A stretch of 64,000 bases of DNA from Ostreococcus lucimarinus (Eukaryota). The notes beneath the pieces are model-generated. The model was not told where the DNA came from, did not search any database, and was given only the letters and a program-made list of their open reading frames with translations. Shown one piece after another: positions 44,400-54,836 of this stretch (position 1 is the first letter of the stretch; every line of letters begins with the position of its first letter). The stretch is taken from the NCBI GenBank assembly GCA_000092065.1, contig CP000587.1, one strand, 5' to 3'. The position numbers and the translations under genes were made by a program.

Positions 44400-46331
44400 T
44401 CATTCTAGCCGCTCTTTTTTGCGCTTCTGTAACTCATCGTCGCCAGGACCGACGGTGACTTTTCGCTTCGTCGCGACGACGTCGCCTTTCTTCGTCTTAA
44501 AAACGCGACCGCGCCCCCCTTTGTCGTTGTTCCACCACGATGATTTCGATTCACGCTCTCGCTGCGGCGCGTCGGCGATGCCTTCGTCGCCTTCATCATC
44601 GCTCCCTCGCACGTCGTCGGCGTGTTTGCGTTCGCCGCCGTCTCTCGCCGCCGACGCGGTCGCGTCATCGTCGTCGTCGTCGTCGCGTTCGAGCTCGCCG
44701 TGCTCGTCCGCGGGCGAGTCATCGTAGCGATCGGCGTTCGTGACGCTCTTGGCGCTTGGTTTCGGCAGCGCTTCGGCGACTTTGGCCAACACTCGCAAGT
44801 TGGGATCGACAAAATGGCCATCCTTCTCGAGCAGCTTGACCAAATCACTCGCGAGCGGTGTAAACTTGCGCGTGAAGAACGAGAGCGCGGCGCCTTTCTT
44901 GCCTTGTCGTCCAGCACGCCCGACACGATGGCGATATTGTTCTATGCTTCCTGGAAAATCCCAATTCACCACGTACTCTAGTCCCGCGATGTCCAAGCCG
45001 CGACCGGCGACATCCGTGGCGATTAACACCGGAGTCTTCCCCGCTTTGAAATCTTTCAACGCCTGATCTCGTCTGTTTTGCTTCATCGTTCCGTGAAGCG
45101 TGCTCACTTTTTCATTGTGTCTCTTGCACAAATCCGCGATGAACTGCACCGTTTTGATGCGATTGGCGAAGACGAGGACTCGGCTACGAGCGCGCCCGTC
45201 TTCGGCGCGAAGCTTTGTGATGTACTTCATCAACTTGCGACTTTTTTTGTGCTCGGCGCACACGTGTACCGTCTGCTCCACGATCGCCATGTGAACGTTG
45301 ACGTCGTCGTCGTCTTTTGGCACTGTCGCCTTCTCTGAATCAATCTTCACCGTCTCAAAGCCTTTGCGGAGCCACGTCTTGCCGATGGCGCGCACCGCCT
45401 TTGGAAACGTGGCGCTGAACAACAAAGTTTGGCGGCCGCTGTCTTTGTCAGGCAGCGCTTCGCGAATCGTAGAGAGCTGCTCTTCAAAACCGAGGGCGAG
45501 CATGCGATCGGCTTCGTCTAAAACGAGCATCGCGCATCTATCCAACTGCAGGGCGCCTGATTCGAGAACGGCGAGCAATCGCCCCGGGGTGCCGATGACG
45601 AGTAAAGCTTGCGACGTATGCTGAGCCAAGGCCTCTTCCTGCTCCTCCTGAGACGCTCCACCGTACACGGCGACCGCACGTACCGGCACAGCTTTCTTCA
45701 GTTTGTTGCAGACGCCAGATATTTGCAAAGTCAGTTCCCGCGTCGGGGCGACGACGAGCACCGCCGGCGCCCCGGGCCGTTTCTTTCCCACGTTTGGATT
45801 TTCTCTGTGATCTTTCAGCGCGGCTTCGATGGCGGGTAATAAAAACCCTAACGTTTTCCCGCTTCCAGGTGGCGCGATGGCTAAAACATCGCTACCCGCG
45901 CACGCCGGCGGCCAACATTGTCTTTGCACCGGCGTCGTGCGACGATGCCCGATGCTCTTCATCGCATCCATGAAATAATCCGGAACATCGTCCGCACTCA
46001 CGCCGTCGCCGTTCGTTTCTGTTCCATCCGCGTCATCTTCTTCCACCTCTTCCCCGCGCGCCTTCGCTTTCAGCTTTTTCCTCAGCGCCTTCGCCGCTAA
46101 CCGCTCTCGCTCCGCCTTGCGCTTCGCGCTCCGCTCCGCCGCCGTTCGCTTCTCGTCCTCTTCCTGCAGTGCGGGCGGCAGCGGCGGTGCGCTCGAGCAC
46201 ATCCCGCGCAGCTGTCGTTTCACCCCTCGCTTCGTTCGGATTCGATTCCCGTCCGCGTCTTTGCGCGAGAGCGCGCGCGCTTTCTTCGCCTCGCGCTTGC
46301 TTCGCTTTCGCTGGAGGAAATCAACCGTCAT
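44400..46331 (-). CDS. DEAD-box ATP-dependent RNA helicase with basic N- and C-terminal extensions.
   Basis: Q motif ...TPVQRQCWP. Motif I is APPGSGKTLGF, Ia is VVAPTRELTLQI, II is LVLDEADRML, III is FSAT, V is LIATDVAGRGLD, VI is HRVGRAGRQG. ATG verified (CAT at 46329-46331). Confidence 0.8.
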   Translation of the reverse strand: MTVDFLQRKRSKREAKKARALSRKDADGNRIRTKRGVKRQLRGMCSSAPPLPPALQEEDEKRTAAERSAKRKAERERLAAKALRKKLKAKARGEEVEEDDADGTETNGDGVSADDVPDYFMDAMKSIGHRRTTPVQRQCWPPACAGSDVLAIAPPGSGKTLGFLLPAIEAALKDHRENPNVGKKRPGAPAVLVVAPTRELTLQISGVCNKLKKAVPVRAVAVYGGASQEEQEEALAQHTSQALLVIGTPGRLLAVLESGALQLDRCAMLVLDEADRMLALGFEEQLSTIREALPDKDSGRQTLLFSATFPKAVRAIGKTWLRKGFETVKIDSEKATVPKDDDDVNVHMAIVEQTVHVCAEHKKSRKLMKYITKLRAEDGRARSRVLVFANRIKTVQFIADLCKRHNEKVSTLHGTMKQNRRDQALKDFKAGKTPVLIATDVAGRGLDIAGLEYVVNWDFPGSIEQYRHRVGRAGRQGKKGAALSFFTRKFTPLASDLVKLLEKDGHFVDPNLRVLAKVAEALPKPSAKSVTNADRYDDSPADEHGELERDDDDDDDATASAARDGGERKHADDVRGSDDEGDEGIADAPQRERESKSSWWNNDKGGRGRVFKTKKGDVVATKRKVTVGPGDDELQKRKKERLE

Positions 46332-46737
46332 GGCGCTCGCGGCGACGCTCGCGCGCGATCGGCGCGACGCTCGGCGCGATCACGCGCGTGAACGATCGTT
46401 TCGCACGGCTCGACCGCGCGTCGGCGCGCGGGACGCGTCGCGCGAGACGATGGGCGGTCGAACGCGCGCGCAGCCGCCGCCGCCACGAGCGCGGTCGAGG
46501 CGACGCGTCGACGCGACGGCGCGCGCCGTGGAATAGACGGTGCGTCGATTCCGAAGTGCCGCTAAAATCTCGCGGCGCTCGCGTCGGAGCTCGCGTCGAC
46601 GGTGTCGCGCGCGTGAGTGCGAACGAAGGCGAGCGTTCTTCGCGCGACGGGACGCGACGCGACGCGACGGATGGTTTTGGATCCTCTTCGCTGTATTCTA
46701 GTAATCGTAAATCTAAGAAGTTGTACACCACGAACAC

Positions 46738-47676
46738 TCACAGGAAATAGTCCGGACACCGCTTCGCCGCCTGCTGCTCCTCGCCTCGCCTGGGCGCGGG
46801 ATCGAACTGAAGGAAAGACGTTCCCAAATTGTCGTCCACCTCCATGATGCTCGCTTGGTTACCGCACCTGTAGCAGTAATTCGGGGCGCTGAAAATCGTC
46901 ACTAACGACTGGTCGTGGTGCCAAAGGTACCCTTCCATCACCAATTGATGCGCGCGCGCGATGAGCTTCAGACCGTTGTTGTGGTTGAACTGCTCCGTGA
47001 TATCCTGCCCGAACGTGTACCCGGCGCCTCGCGGGCTCATCCCCCACCCGGCGCGATCGTCGGGATCGCTCCACACCAAATCACACACCGGTCCTTCGTG
47101 CGGAACTTCCGCGAACCGATCGATCTTACGCACGTCATCCAGCGTGTCGATCGACGGCGACAAGCCACCGTGCGGGCAGAATATCTTATTCTCGATCACC
47201 GCCGACAGAGGCATGAAATCAAAGAGATCTGTAAACGCCTTCCAAATTCCCGCGTGTCCGTACTTCCGCATGCACTCGTCGTAGAACCCGTACACCTGCG
47301 TGATCTGTCTCGACTCGTGATTCCCACGAATGATCGTCACCCGATCCGGATACCTCACCTTGAGCGCGACGACCAACGTCACCGTCTCCACCGAGTAGTA
47401 CCCGCGATCGACGTAATCCCCCAAAAACAGATAATTCGTATCGGGCGCCAGCCCTCCCATCTTGAACATCTCCATCATGTCGTGAAACTGTCCGTGTATG
47501 TCCCCCACCACCGTCACCGGCGCTCGCACGAGCTGCACGTTGCTCTCCTCCGCCAACAACCCGCGCGCTCGATCGCACAGCGTCATGACCTCCTCCTCGG
47601 GCAGAAACTCGTGCTTCAACAGCGCGCTCACCATCGCGTCGTAATCCCCGTACTCGCTCGCTCGCAATCGCGTCAT
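46738..47676 (-). CDS. Serine/threonine protein phosphatase 2A catalytic subunit (PPP family, PP2Ac-like).
   Basis: [98 protein letters not shown] and the C-terminal ...PDYFL all match PP2Ac. The track start at 47928 is followed by Arg-rich junk. The ATG giving [16 protein letters not shown]... is CAT at 47674-47676 (313 aa). Confidence 0.85.
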   Translation of the reverse strand: MTRLRASEYGDYDAMVSALLKHEFLPEEEVMTLCDRARGLLAEESNVQLVRAPVTVVGDIHGQFHDMMEMFKMGGLAPDTNYLFLGDYVDRGYYSVETVTLVVALKVRYPDRVTIIRGNHESRQITQVYGFYDECMRKYGHAGIWKAFTDLFDFMPLSAVIENKIFCPHGGLSPSIDTLDDVRKIDRFAEVPHEGPVCDLVWSDPDDRAGWGMSPRGAGYTFGQDITEQFNHNNGLKLIARAHQLVMEGYLWHHDQSLVTIFSAPNYCYRCGNQASIMEVDDNLGTSFLQFDPAPRRGEEQQAAKRCPDYFL

Positions 47677-48067
47677 CGTCGCCGCACGTCTCGCGCCGCA
47701 CGTCTCGCGCCTCGTCCCGCGTCGCGTCCTTCGGTCGCGCGACCGATCGCGCCTCGCGCGTCCTCGCGCGCGCGTCCCTCGCGCGCGCCCTCGCCGGTCG
47801 TCTCCGCGTCGCGCGGTCGCGCGCGCAGGGCCTCGCGACGCGTCGCGTCGCTCGGCGCGTCGACGCGCGTCGGCGTCGTCGCCGGGCGCGCTGTGCCGAC
47901 GATCGACCGCGCGGTGCCGATGGTACAAAGTGTGCTAGGCTCACTGTTTGCCCATACAAACTCCGACGGTCCGATATTGGCGCCGCGCGCGAGTGCGCGT
48001 TCGCGGCGTCGGCGCCGCCGCCGACGGCGCGACGGACGCGCGCGACGGCGCGACGACGCGACGCGCG

Positions 48068-49663
48068 ATGAAGCGCGCGCCGAGGCGCGGCGCGGCGACG
48101 ACGCCGAAGCGCCGCGCGCGCGCGACGCGCGATGAAGCGCGCGACGACGACGACGACGACGGCGCGAACGCGCGCGAGGGCGATTTCGCGGACGACGGCG
48201 ACGGCGACGGCGACGGCGACGACCGGAACGGACTCGCGCGCGCGCGACGGGAGGAGATGGAGGCGAACGAAAACGCGAGCGATTCCGAGCAGCGCGAGGC
48301 GGCGGCGGCGGCGAGGGAGACGGCGCAGGAGAAACGGGTGCGGTTGGCGAAGGCGTACCTGGAGCGGTTGCGAGAGGAACAGGCGGCGGAGGACACGGAC
48401 GAGGACGACGGGGAGGAGGAGGGGAAGAATTTGGACTCGCACACGCGGTTGGCGGCGCGGTTGATGGAGGACGCGCAGCGGAAGTCGGGACATCAGCGGG
48501 CGTCGATCGCGGATCGGACGACGGCGACGAGGGCGCCGGCGAGGCTGTGGCGGGGACATAAACGCGCGGTGACGGGCGTGGCGCTCGCGGAGGATGATCG
48601 AACGGCGTACAGCGTGTCGAAGGATGGATCTATATTTGGCTGGGATATCGAGACCGAGAAGCGAACGAAGTTTCCGAGGACTCCCGAGGCGGTGGTGGAC
48701 CCGACGCAAGGCGGCGGCGGGCCGCAGGCGCCGCCGAAGTGCGGCGCGCACGTCGTGTCGTGCTGCGCGGTGAGCGGGGAGAGAAATCTTCTCGTGACCG
48801 GTGGTGCGGATAAACGCGTCCACGTGTGGGACACACGGAGCATGACGCACATCACCGCTTTCGCGGGACACAGAGGGGCGATCACGGGGCTCGGTTTCCG
48901 CCACGGCACCGGACAGTTGTTCTCGTGCGCGGAGGATCGCACGGTGAAGGTCTGGTCTTTGGATGACATGGCTTACGTGGACACGCTTTTCGGGCATCAA
49001 GATCGGTGCATCGGCTTGGACACGCAGCGTCGCGAGCGTCTCGTCACCGTCGGCGCGGATCGATCGACGAGATTCTGGAAGGTGCCCGAAGATTCTCAAC
49101 TGGTGCTTCGTCCGCCGGAGGGCGGCGGGCCGGCTGAGAGTTGTGCTTTTACCGCGCACGACCACTGGATCACCGGCTCTCAAGACGGCACGGTGGCGAT
49201 TTGGAATACGCAACGTAAGCGCGCGGCGCAGACGTGGGAAAACGTGCACGGTTTCAGAGAGATTGTTGCGCCGAAAGGTTTTAGCGATGCCGACGCCGAC
49301 CGGGCGATGGCTCAACGGGACGCCGCGCAGGCGGCATGTGGGATGAGCGCGAGCGATGATGGAGGTGTGGGCGAGATGGCTTCTTGGGTCAGTGCCGTTC
49401 ACGTCGCCAAAGGCACGGATCTCGCCGCCTCGGGCGCCGGTGACGGCGCGATGCGTTTGTGGAAGACGTCTCACGAGGGCGAACCTCTCGTGCCGCTCGA
49501 CTGCGTACCCGCTCGAGGCTTTGTGAACTCGATTCAGGTCGCGAGTAGTGGTCGGTTTATTCTCGCGGGTATGGGGCAAGAGCCCAGACTTGGGCGTTGG
49601 GGCCGAGACGCGGGGGCGCGAAACGGCGTCCAACTGCATCAACTTAGTTTAGCGGATGAATGA
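48068..49663 (+). CDS. WD40-repeat protein, likely U3 snoRNP protein Rrp9/U3-55K-like.
   Basis: The N-terminus is basic with acidic runs and contains ...KRVRLAKAYLERLREEQ... and ...RLMEDAQRKSGHQRASIADR. At least five WD repeats follow (...LVTGGADKRVHVWD..., ...LFSCAEDRTVKVWS..., ...TGSQDGTVAIWN..., ...SGAGDGAMRLWK...). ATG at 48068 verified. Confidence 0.55.
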   Translation: MKRAPRRGAATTPKRRARATRDEARDDDDDDGANAREGDFADDGDGDGDGDDRNGLARARREEMEANENASDSEQREAAAAARETAQEKRVRLAKAYLERLREEQAAEDTDEDDGEEEGKNLDSHTRLAARLMEDAQRKSGHQRASIADRTTATRAPARLWRGHKRAVTGVALAEDDRTAYSVSKDGSIFGWDIETEKRTKFPRTPEAVVDPTQGGGGPQAPPKCGAHVVSCCAVSGERNLLVTGGADKRVHVWDTRSMTHITAFAGHRGAITGLGFRHGTGQLFSCAEDRTVKVWSLDDMAYVDTLFGHQDRCIGLDTQRRERLVTVGADRSTRFWKVPEDSQLVLRPPEGGGPAESCAFTAHDHWITGSQDGTVAIWNTQRKRAAQTWENVHGFREIVAPKGFSDADADRAMAQRDAAQAACGMSASDDGGVGEMASWVSAVHVAKGTDLAASGAGDGAMRLWKTSHEGEPLVPLDCVPARGFVNSIQVASSGRFILAGMGQEPRLGRWGRDAGARNGVQLHQLSLADE

Positions 49664-49672
49664 GACTCCGGG

Positions 49673-49677
49673 TGTAA
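49673..49677 (+). promoter_or_regulatory. TGTAA motif 10 nt after the WD40 gene stop, a putative polyadenylation signal.
   Basis: ggTGTAAaaaag follows the TGA at 49661-49663. Confidence 0.35.
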
Positions 49678-49706
49678 AAAAGAATTCATGAATATAAAAT
49701 GCTGCT

Positions 49707-52631
49707 CTAATCTGATCGAGTCGCGCGCGCGACTCGATATGCTGCTTGGTCGAATAATACCGAGCCCAATCGCAACGCCGCCGCCTGCGCACCAGGGGCG
49801 AGTTCCGGAGCAAGGTCGACGAGCTCTTGCACGAGCTCCATATCAATCTCCGGCGGAGTTAAGGCGTTGGCTTCTTCCTTCTTGTCCGTCCCTCCATCAC
49901 TGCCGCTGAAGAAGTTGCGAAGCTCGTCAACGACTTTGAGGGTTTCCAAATCTTCCTCGCTCACGTGCGTCGCGCGTTCGAGTGGCGCCAACGTGCCCTG
50001 CGCGCTGCTCAAGAGTTCAGCGGCGGGCGCGAAAGACTGCGCGAAAGACTCGGCTGCGGAGAGAGGAGCCGATAACGCCGACGACGCTGTCGTGGACGCG
50101 AGCGCCCCGGCGTAGCGACCGAGCTCTCGTAGCGCAATGTCTTGAATCGGCCCGCCCGTGGGATCAAACGCTAGTTTCAACGCTTCGCGGGTGCTGCTCG
50201 AAATCTTCTTGTGCGCGCCTCCAGCCTTTTCAGGCTCCGTCGAAGGCTTGGCGCGGCTCGTGATCGATGTGTAGCTTCCGAACGCGGTAGAGAGTTGCCG
50301 AACGCGATTAACACTCAGAACGGCGTGTTCGCCGCTTTCCTTGCCGTACAAGAGCTGTTCCAAAGCACGTCGAGTCTCGGGTGACTTGTCCGTCAACAAT
50401 CGACGAGCGACGTACGGATAGCACTCGTTCGCGATTGAATAGTTTTTGTCGGAAGACAGCCCGATGCCCTCGAGGACGGAGAACGCACGGAGAATGTAGC
50501 CGAAATAGGCTGGAATCTGAAAAATATTTCCGTACTTTTCCTGGACACCTTCCAAATCCTTCGTCAACTGCGCCACCTTGCTATCCGTGCCCGCGGCTTC
50601 CAAGAAGGCGTCGCGACGCGCCTTGGGATCTTTGACGCCCTTTAACTCTTTGCGAATCTCTTTAATGCGCTCTTCGTCCGGAAGACCGAGTTCGTCGCGG
50701 AAACCTTGCGCCCCGCCACCGCGAGCGAGGGCAGAGAATAACAAGCCAAGCGCTCGAGCGACACCTGAATCCTCCATCGCTTCTCGTTTACCAGACGGGA
50801 TGAAACCCATCGCGTCCAAATCACCCGGTACGGCTTCGAAATCCTTGCTCACCAAGTGCGCGATGAAGCGCAAAATAGCCGCCGATAAATCCTTGGATAC
50901 TGGCGTGACGAGACCCCAGTCAAGAATGCACAGCTTGCCGTCATTCGTACGCAGCAGGTTGCCCGGATGCGGATCGGCGTGCAGGTAACCGAGATCCAAG
51001 AGCATCGCCAGGTACGATGTGAGCGCGACAGCGCAGAGTTGCGCCGTATCGTCCGCCTTGCTGTCTTGCAGACGCACGCCCTCTATCCAACCCGTGGTGA
51101 GCACACGACGAGTCGAGGCCTGACGAAAGACGGGCGCCGCCGTGACGACACCTCCCAAATCGGAGCGCGACGCCATGGCTTTCGCAAAGTTCTCACCATT
51201 CGTCGCCTCAGCTTCATAGTCAAGCTCAGCGATGAATCGTCGCCCCCACTCGTCGACCAGACCTTCGAGGTCGGAGTTCAAGTTGTTCCACTTTCGCCAC
51301 GGCTCGGCAAAAGAACGAATGATGCCGACGTCGAGGCTGATGGCGACAAGCGCCCCGGGGCGTTGAACTTTCACCGCCACCTCTTCTAATTGACCCTCGT
51401 CGTTTCGCCAAGTCCCTCTGTACACCTGTCCCAAGCTCGCGCTTGCGATGGGCGTTGAGCCGAGCGACAGCCGGTCAGCGGTGGGTCCGAGCTCGCGATC
51501 CAAAATTCTTCGCGCCAAGTCGTCGTCAAAGGGCGGCACTCTATCTTGCAGCACGCGCAACTCTTCGATGTACTCGGCCGGTAGCAAATCGGCACGACTA
51601 CTCAAAACTTGACCGAGTTTGACGTACGTTGGTCCGAGTGAGACGAGCAGGTTACGCAGCTGCGTCGCGCGCTTGGTGTTGATTTCCTTGCGCTTCGCGT
51701 CGCTCGTGTTCTCGCCTCGCGTCTTCCGATCCAACCAAAGCTTAGCGCTGAAACCGCCGAGCAAGATGAATGATCGAATCCCACGCTTCAACAACGTGAT
51801 CGGTCTGGTCGAGAAATACTTGCGCGTCGCCGCTGGGTCGTACCGCCTCAACTCAGCCGGCTCCACGTCGCCCTCTTGGCTCGCGAGCGCCGCCCACTCG
51901 TCCATGCCGTTCCCTTTCTTCGGTCGCGACGCGACCATCGCCAACGCCGCGAGACCGGCGATCAATCCAGCGCCGGTGGTAAAATCCGCACCTCCTCCGT
52001 TCACCGCGATCGACCCCGCGCGCCTCGCCGCCTCGTTCGCGAGCTCGCTCGCCTCGTTCGGCAGCGACTCGAAGAACGCCGCGCCGTCCGTCGTAAACCT
52101 TTCCCGATCGATCGCCGGCAGTCCCTCGAACGCGTCCGTCAGCGCCTTCACCAGTGTCGACATCACATCGATCCCACCACCGTCGACGACCGAATCAAAC
52201 GCCGCCATCGCCGTCCGCGCCGCGCGTTCCAGCGCGTCCCACGTCGCCGCGCTCGCCGCCGCCTCCGCCGCGTCCGCGCTCGCCCCCGCCGCGCGCGCCG
52301 CCTCCATCGCGCGTCGTCCCGCGCCCTCCGCGCTCGCGAGATCGATCGTCGCCGTCGCTTCGAGCGCCGTCGCGCGCGCGCGATCGAGCGCGTCGTCCGC
52401 GACGCTCCCGCGCGCGACGCCGCGTCGACGTCGTCGCTCGGCGTCGAGATTCCGCCGCGAGCGTCGCTCGCGCCGCGCGCCGCGCGCGTCGGCGACGCGC
52501 GCGATCGACGCGCGAGGCGCGCGCGCGGCGCCCGTCGCCATCCCGCGCGTCGGCGTCGCGCGCGGCGTCGAGCGTCGTCGTGTGCGGCGCCGCGCGCGCC
52601 GGGCCGCACTTCGCCCCGCGCGACGCGCCAT
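49707..52631 (-). CDS. ABC1/ADCK (UbiB-family) atypical protein kinase with long low-complexity N- and C-extensions.
   Basis: ...LGPTYVKLGQVLSSRADLLPAEYIEELRVLQDRVPPF...PIASASLGQVYRG...VAVKVQRPG...FIAELDYEAEATN...LTTGWIEGVRL...GYLHADPHPGNLLR...LCILDWGLV matches the ABC1 domain. The ORF's CAT start (52629-52631) overlaps the ATG of the divergent AAR2 gene, so the true start is probably a downstream ATG. Confidence 0.7.
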   Translation of the reverse strand: MARRAGRSAARRARRRTRRRSTPRATPTRGMATGAARAPRASIARVADARGARRERRSRRNLDAERRRRRGVARGSVADDALDRARATALEATATIDLASAEGAGRRAMEAARAAGASADAAEAAASAATWDALERAARTAMAAFDSVVDGGGIDVMSTLVKALTDAFEGLPAIDRERFTTDGAAFFESLPNEASELANEAARRAGSIAVNGGGADFTTGAGLIAGLAALAMVASRPKKGNGMDEWAALASQEGDVEPAELRRYDPAATRKYFSTRPITLLKRGIRSFILLGGFSAKLWLDRKTRGENTSDAKRKEINTKRATQLRNLLVSLGPTYVKLGQVLSSRADLLPAEYIEELRVLQDRVPPFDDDLARRILDRELGPTADRLSLGSTPIASASLGQVYRGTWRNDEGQLEEVAVKVQRPGALVAISLDVGIIRSFAEPWRKWNNLNSDLEGLVDEWGRRFIAELDYEAEATNGENFAKAMASRSDLGGVVTAAPVFRQASTRRVLTTGWIEGVRLQDSKADDTAQLCAVALTSYLAMLLDLGYLHADPHPGNLLRTNDGKLCILDWGLVTPVSKDLSAAILRFIAHLVSKDFEAVPGDLDAMGFIPSGKREAMEDSGVARALGLLFSALARGGGAQGFRDELGLPDEERIKEIRKELKGVKDPKARRDAFLEAAGTDSKVAQLTKDLEGVQEKYGNIFQIPAYFGYILRAFSVLEGIGLSSDKNYSIANECYPYVARRLLTDKSPETRRALEQLLYGKESGEHAVLSVNRVRQLSTAFGSYTSITSRAKPSTEPEKAGGAHKKISSSTREALKLAFDPTGGPIQDIALRELGRYAGALASTTASSALSAPLSAAESFAQSFAPAAELLSSAQGTLAPLERATHVSEEDLETLKVVDELRNFFSGSDGGTDKKEEANALTPPEIDMELVQELVDLAPELAPGAQAAALRLGSVLFDQAAYRVARATRSD

Positions 52632-53934
52632 GTCGAGCGACGCGCGCGTCGCCGAGCTCGATCGACGCGGGTACTACGTCGCCGTCGACGTCCCGCGCGG
52701 GGCGACGTTCGCGCTGGACACGGCGGAGTGGACGTGCGACGAACGCTTCGCGGGCGTCAAGGCGCTGACGCGTGGATTGCACTTCGTCGCCGTGCGCGAC
52801 GCGAACGAGCGAGGCGCGGGCGAACGCGTGGGAGAGTTCATCGACGCCGCGCCGGGAAGCGTGGAGATCCGGAGGTGGGACGCCGCGGTGGAGACGCTGG
52901 GGGAGGGAGAGGGGATGAGCGCGGAGGACGCGGAGCGCGCGCGCGCGGCGACGCGGGAAGGACGAGCGTTCGATGGAGGGTTAGCGTGGTATCCGACCGA
53001 GGTCGAGACGCGATGGATGGGATTGAGCGGATGGATCACGCGGGACAGCTTGCGGAGGTGTGGGGTGGATTGCGGGACGCGCGTGGTGGCGGGCGACCCG
53101 GAGGCGGAGACGCGCGGCGACGAACGGGGAGGAGTGGTGCCGTATTTCGATAACATACAGCGCGCGCCGACGTTTACGGTGAATGCGGTGCGGAAAAGGC
53201 CGAGTGGAATGACGCCGGCGGAGGTGTCGGCGATAAATATCGATGCGAACGCGCGGCTGGCGCACGCGGTGGCGTGCTTCGGCGACGACGGCTGGCGCGG
53301 GTTGTTGGGAGAGTTTCAACTCGCCTTCGTTCTCTTGATGGGGCTGTCCTCCATGGCGGCGTTGGAGCAGTGGAAACATCTCGCGCACGTGGTGTGCTCG
53401 TGCGCGGAGACGGCGGTGTTCGACTATCCGGAGCTTTACCTCGGGTTTGTCGACGCGCTCGATGCGCAGCTCGCGCGCGCGGGCGAAGACTTTTTCGTGG
53501 ACGATTACACCGAGGACAACTTCTTGCGGCCGTGCATGGTAGCACTGATGCGCATCGACGTCGACGACACCCCGAAGCGAGAAGTCACGGACATGGATGT
53601 CGAATCGACGCTGGACGCGATTTCGAGCAAGCTCGCCGCGCTCGCTCGCGGCGTGCGCGAGAAATTCGACGTCGACCTCATCGAGGAAGCTCGCGAGGCG
53701 AAGCTCGCGGACTCGAGCGTCGTCGACGCCGAAGAAGACGCCCCGGTCGTCGTCGAGTTGAGTGAGGGTCATTACATGGCCATGAACGCGACCGACGTCG
53801 ACGTCGAGTCCGACGCCTTCAAAACGGACGCCGAATCCGGCGCCGAGCGCATGGGCTGGATGCGCGCGTACGCGCCGACCAGCGCCGACCACACGCCGAG
53901 GAACGGTTCGAAATTCGTCAACCAACGGGCGTAG
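52630..53934 (+). CDS. AAR2: AAR2-family protein (U5 snRNP assembly/splicing factor AAR2 homologue).
   Basis: The N-terminus reads ...RRGYYVAVDVPRGATFALDTAEWTCDERFAGVKALTRGLHFVAV. The middle and C-terminal regions read GEFQLAFVLLMGLSSMAALEQWKHLAHVVCSCAE...EDFFVDDYTEDNFLRPCMVALM...DAPVVVELSEGHY. These are colinear with human AAR2 (GELQFAFVCFLLG...EHWKRL...DFFVD...DNFL...DCAPVVVELPEG). ATG at 52630 verified. Confidence 0.65.
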   Translation: MSSDARVAELDRRGYYVAVDVPRGATFALDTAEWTCDERFAGVKALTRGLHFVAVRDANERGAGERVGEFIDAAPGSVEIRRWDAAVETLGEGEGMSAEDAERARAATREGRAFDGGLAWYPTEVETRWMGLSGWITRDSLRRCGVDCGTRVVAGDPEAETRGDERGGVVPYFDNIQRAPTFTVNAVRKRPSGMTPAEVSAINIDANARLAHAVACFGDDGWRGLLGEFQLAFVLLMGLSSMAALEQWKHLAHVVCSCAETAVFDYPELYLGFVDALDAQLARAGEDFFVDDYTEDNFLRPCMVALMRIDVDDTPKREVTDMDVESTLDAISSKLAALARGVREKFDVDLIEEAREAKLADSSVVDAEEDAPVVVELSEGHYMAMNATDVDVESDAFKTDAESGAERMGWMRAYAPTSADHTPRNGSKFVNQRA

Positions 53935-54170
53935 AATCGAATCGGTCCCATGCCGCGGCATCCTCGGTCGTACGTCAGCGATTCCAACTTTTCGTGGAAT
54001 CCGCTCGCGTCGCGCAGGCACCCGGGCCAGATCTCGGCGTCGCTCGTCGCCTTCGAGCCTCGCCGCGACGTCGACATCGCGCGCGTCGCGTTCGTCGTCC
54101 CGCGGCTTGTGATCGTAATCTCACGAACGACCATCCGCGGCTTCGCCTCTCGCCTCTAACGGTAGGGGTC

Positions 54171-54566
54171 GGTGATGCTGAAATCTGCTACATGTTTTTC
54201 AGACTTTTTTTGCTACAAGTTTCTGAACTTTCAGCCAATTTTTGCTACAACTTGTAGCAACTTTCAGACAATTTGCACGCAGAAAGTCTGAAACTTGCTA
54301 CGTCTCCGGTGATGCTGAAATCTGCTACATGTTTTTCAGACTTTTTTTGCTACAAGTTTCTGAACTTTCAGCCAATTTTTGCTACAACTTGTAGCAACTT
54401 TCAGACAATTTGCACGCAGAAAGTCTGAAACTTGCTACGTCTCCGGTGATGCTGAAATCTGCTACATGTTTTTCAGACTTTTTTTGCTACAAGTTTCTGA
54501 ACTTTCAGCCAATTTTTGCTACAAGTTGTAGCAACTTTCAGACTTTGGTGTAGCAAGTTTCAGACT
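54171..54566. repeat. Tandem array of a 137-bp unit, about 2.9 copies. It is AT-richer than its surroundings and internally palindromic.
   Basis: ggtgatgctgaaatctgctacatgtttttcagactttttttgctacaagtttctgaactttcagccaatttttgctacaacttgtagcaactttcagacaatttgcacgcagaaagtctgaaacttgctacgtctcc restarts at 54171, 54308 and 54445, and the third copy is truncated. The units contain the perfect palindrome gctacaa-c-ttgtagc and the inverted pairs tttcagact / agtctgaaa. Confidence 0.85.
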
Positions 54567-54836
54567 GACCCCCTCTCGCCCGAAATCGACATTCGGCGTC
54601 CGCGTCACCAATTCAACGAACTCGCCGGCATTGATCGGGCGCGACGTCACGCGTGCGCGCGAACGAAGCGAACGAAGCGAACGACGCGACCGCTCGATCG
54701 AACGGCGCGACGACGCGAACGACGCGACCGCTCGATCGAACGGCGCGACGGCGCGACGCGCGCCGGCGCGACGAATCGAATTCGCGTCGCGCGATTCGTT
54801 GAATTGCGATTGCGCATCGACGGTCGACGGTGAACC

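Noticed and set aside
47219-49642. An 807-aa minus-strand ORF overlapping the WD40/Rrp9 gene.
   Set aside because: It is Arg-rich low-complexity and antisense to a gene with clear WD-repeat similarity. The same holds for the many other R/A/P-rich ORFs in the track (for example 2692..3702, 21488..22138, 32829..33845, 33091..34017, 35069..36100, 36174..36782, 51876..53153).
51619-52629. The upstream 337 codons of track ORF 51619..53934.
   Set aside because: This stretch is antisense to the ABC1 kinase gene. The AAR2 similarity begins only at the ATG at 52630.
54171-54566. Possible CRISPR array.
   Set aside because: The units are 137 bp and directly adjacent with no unique spacers, and the genome is clearly eukaryotic (spliceosomal intron, tRNA intron, AAR2, Fis1, PP2A). 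It is a plain tandem repeat.
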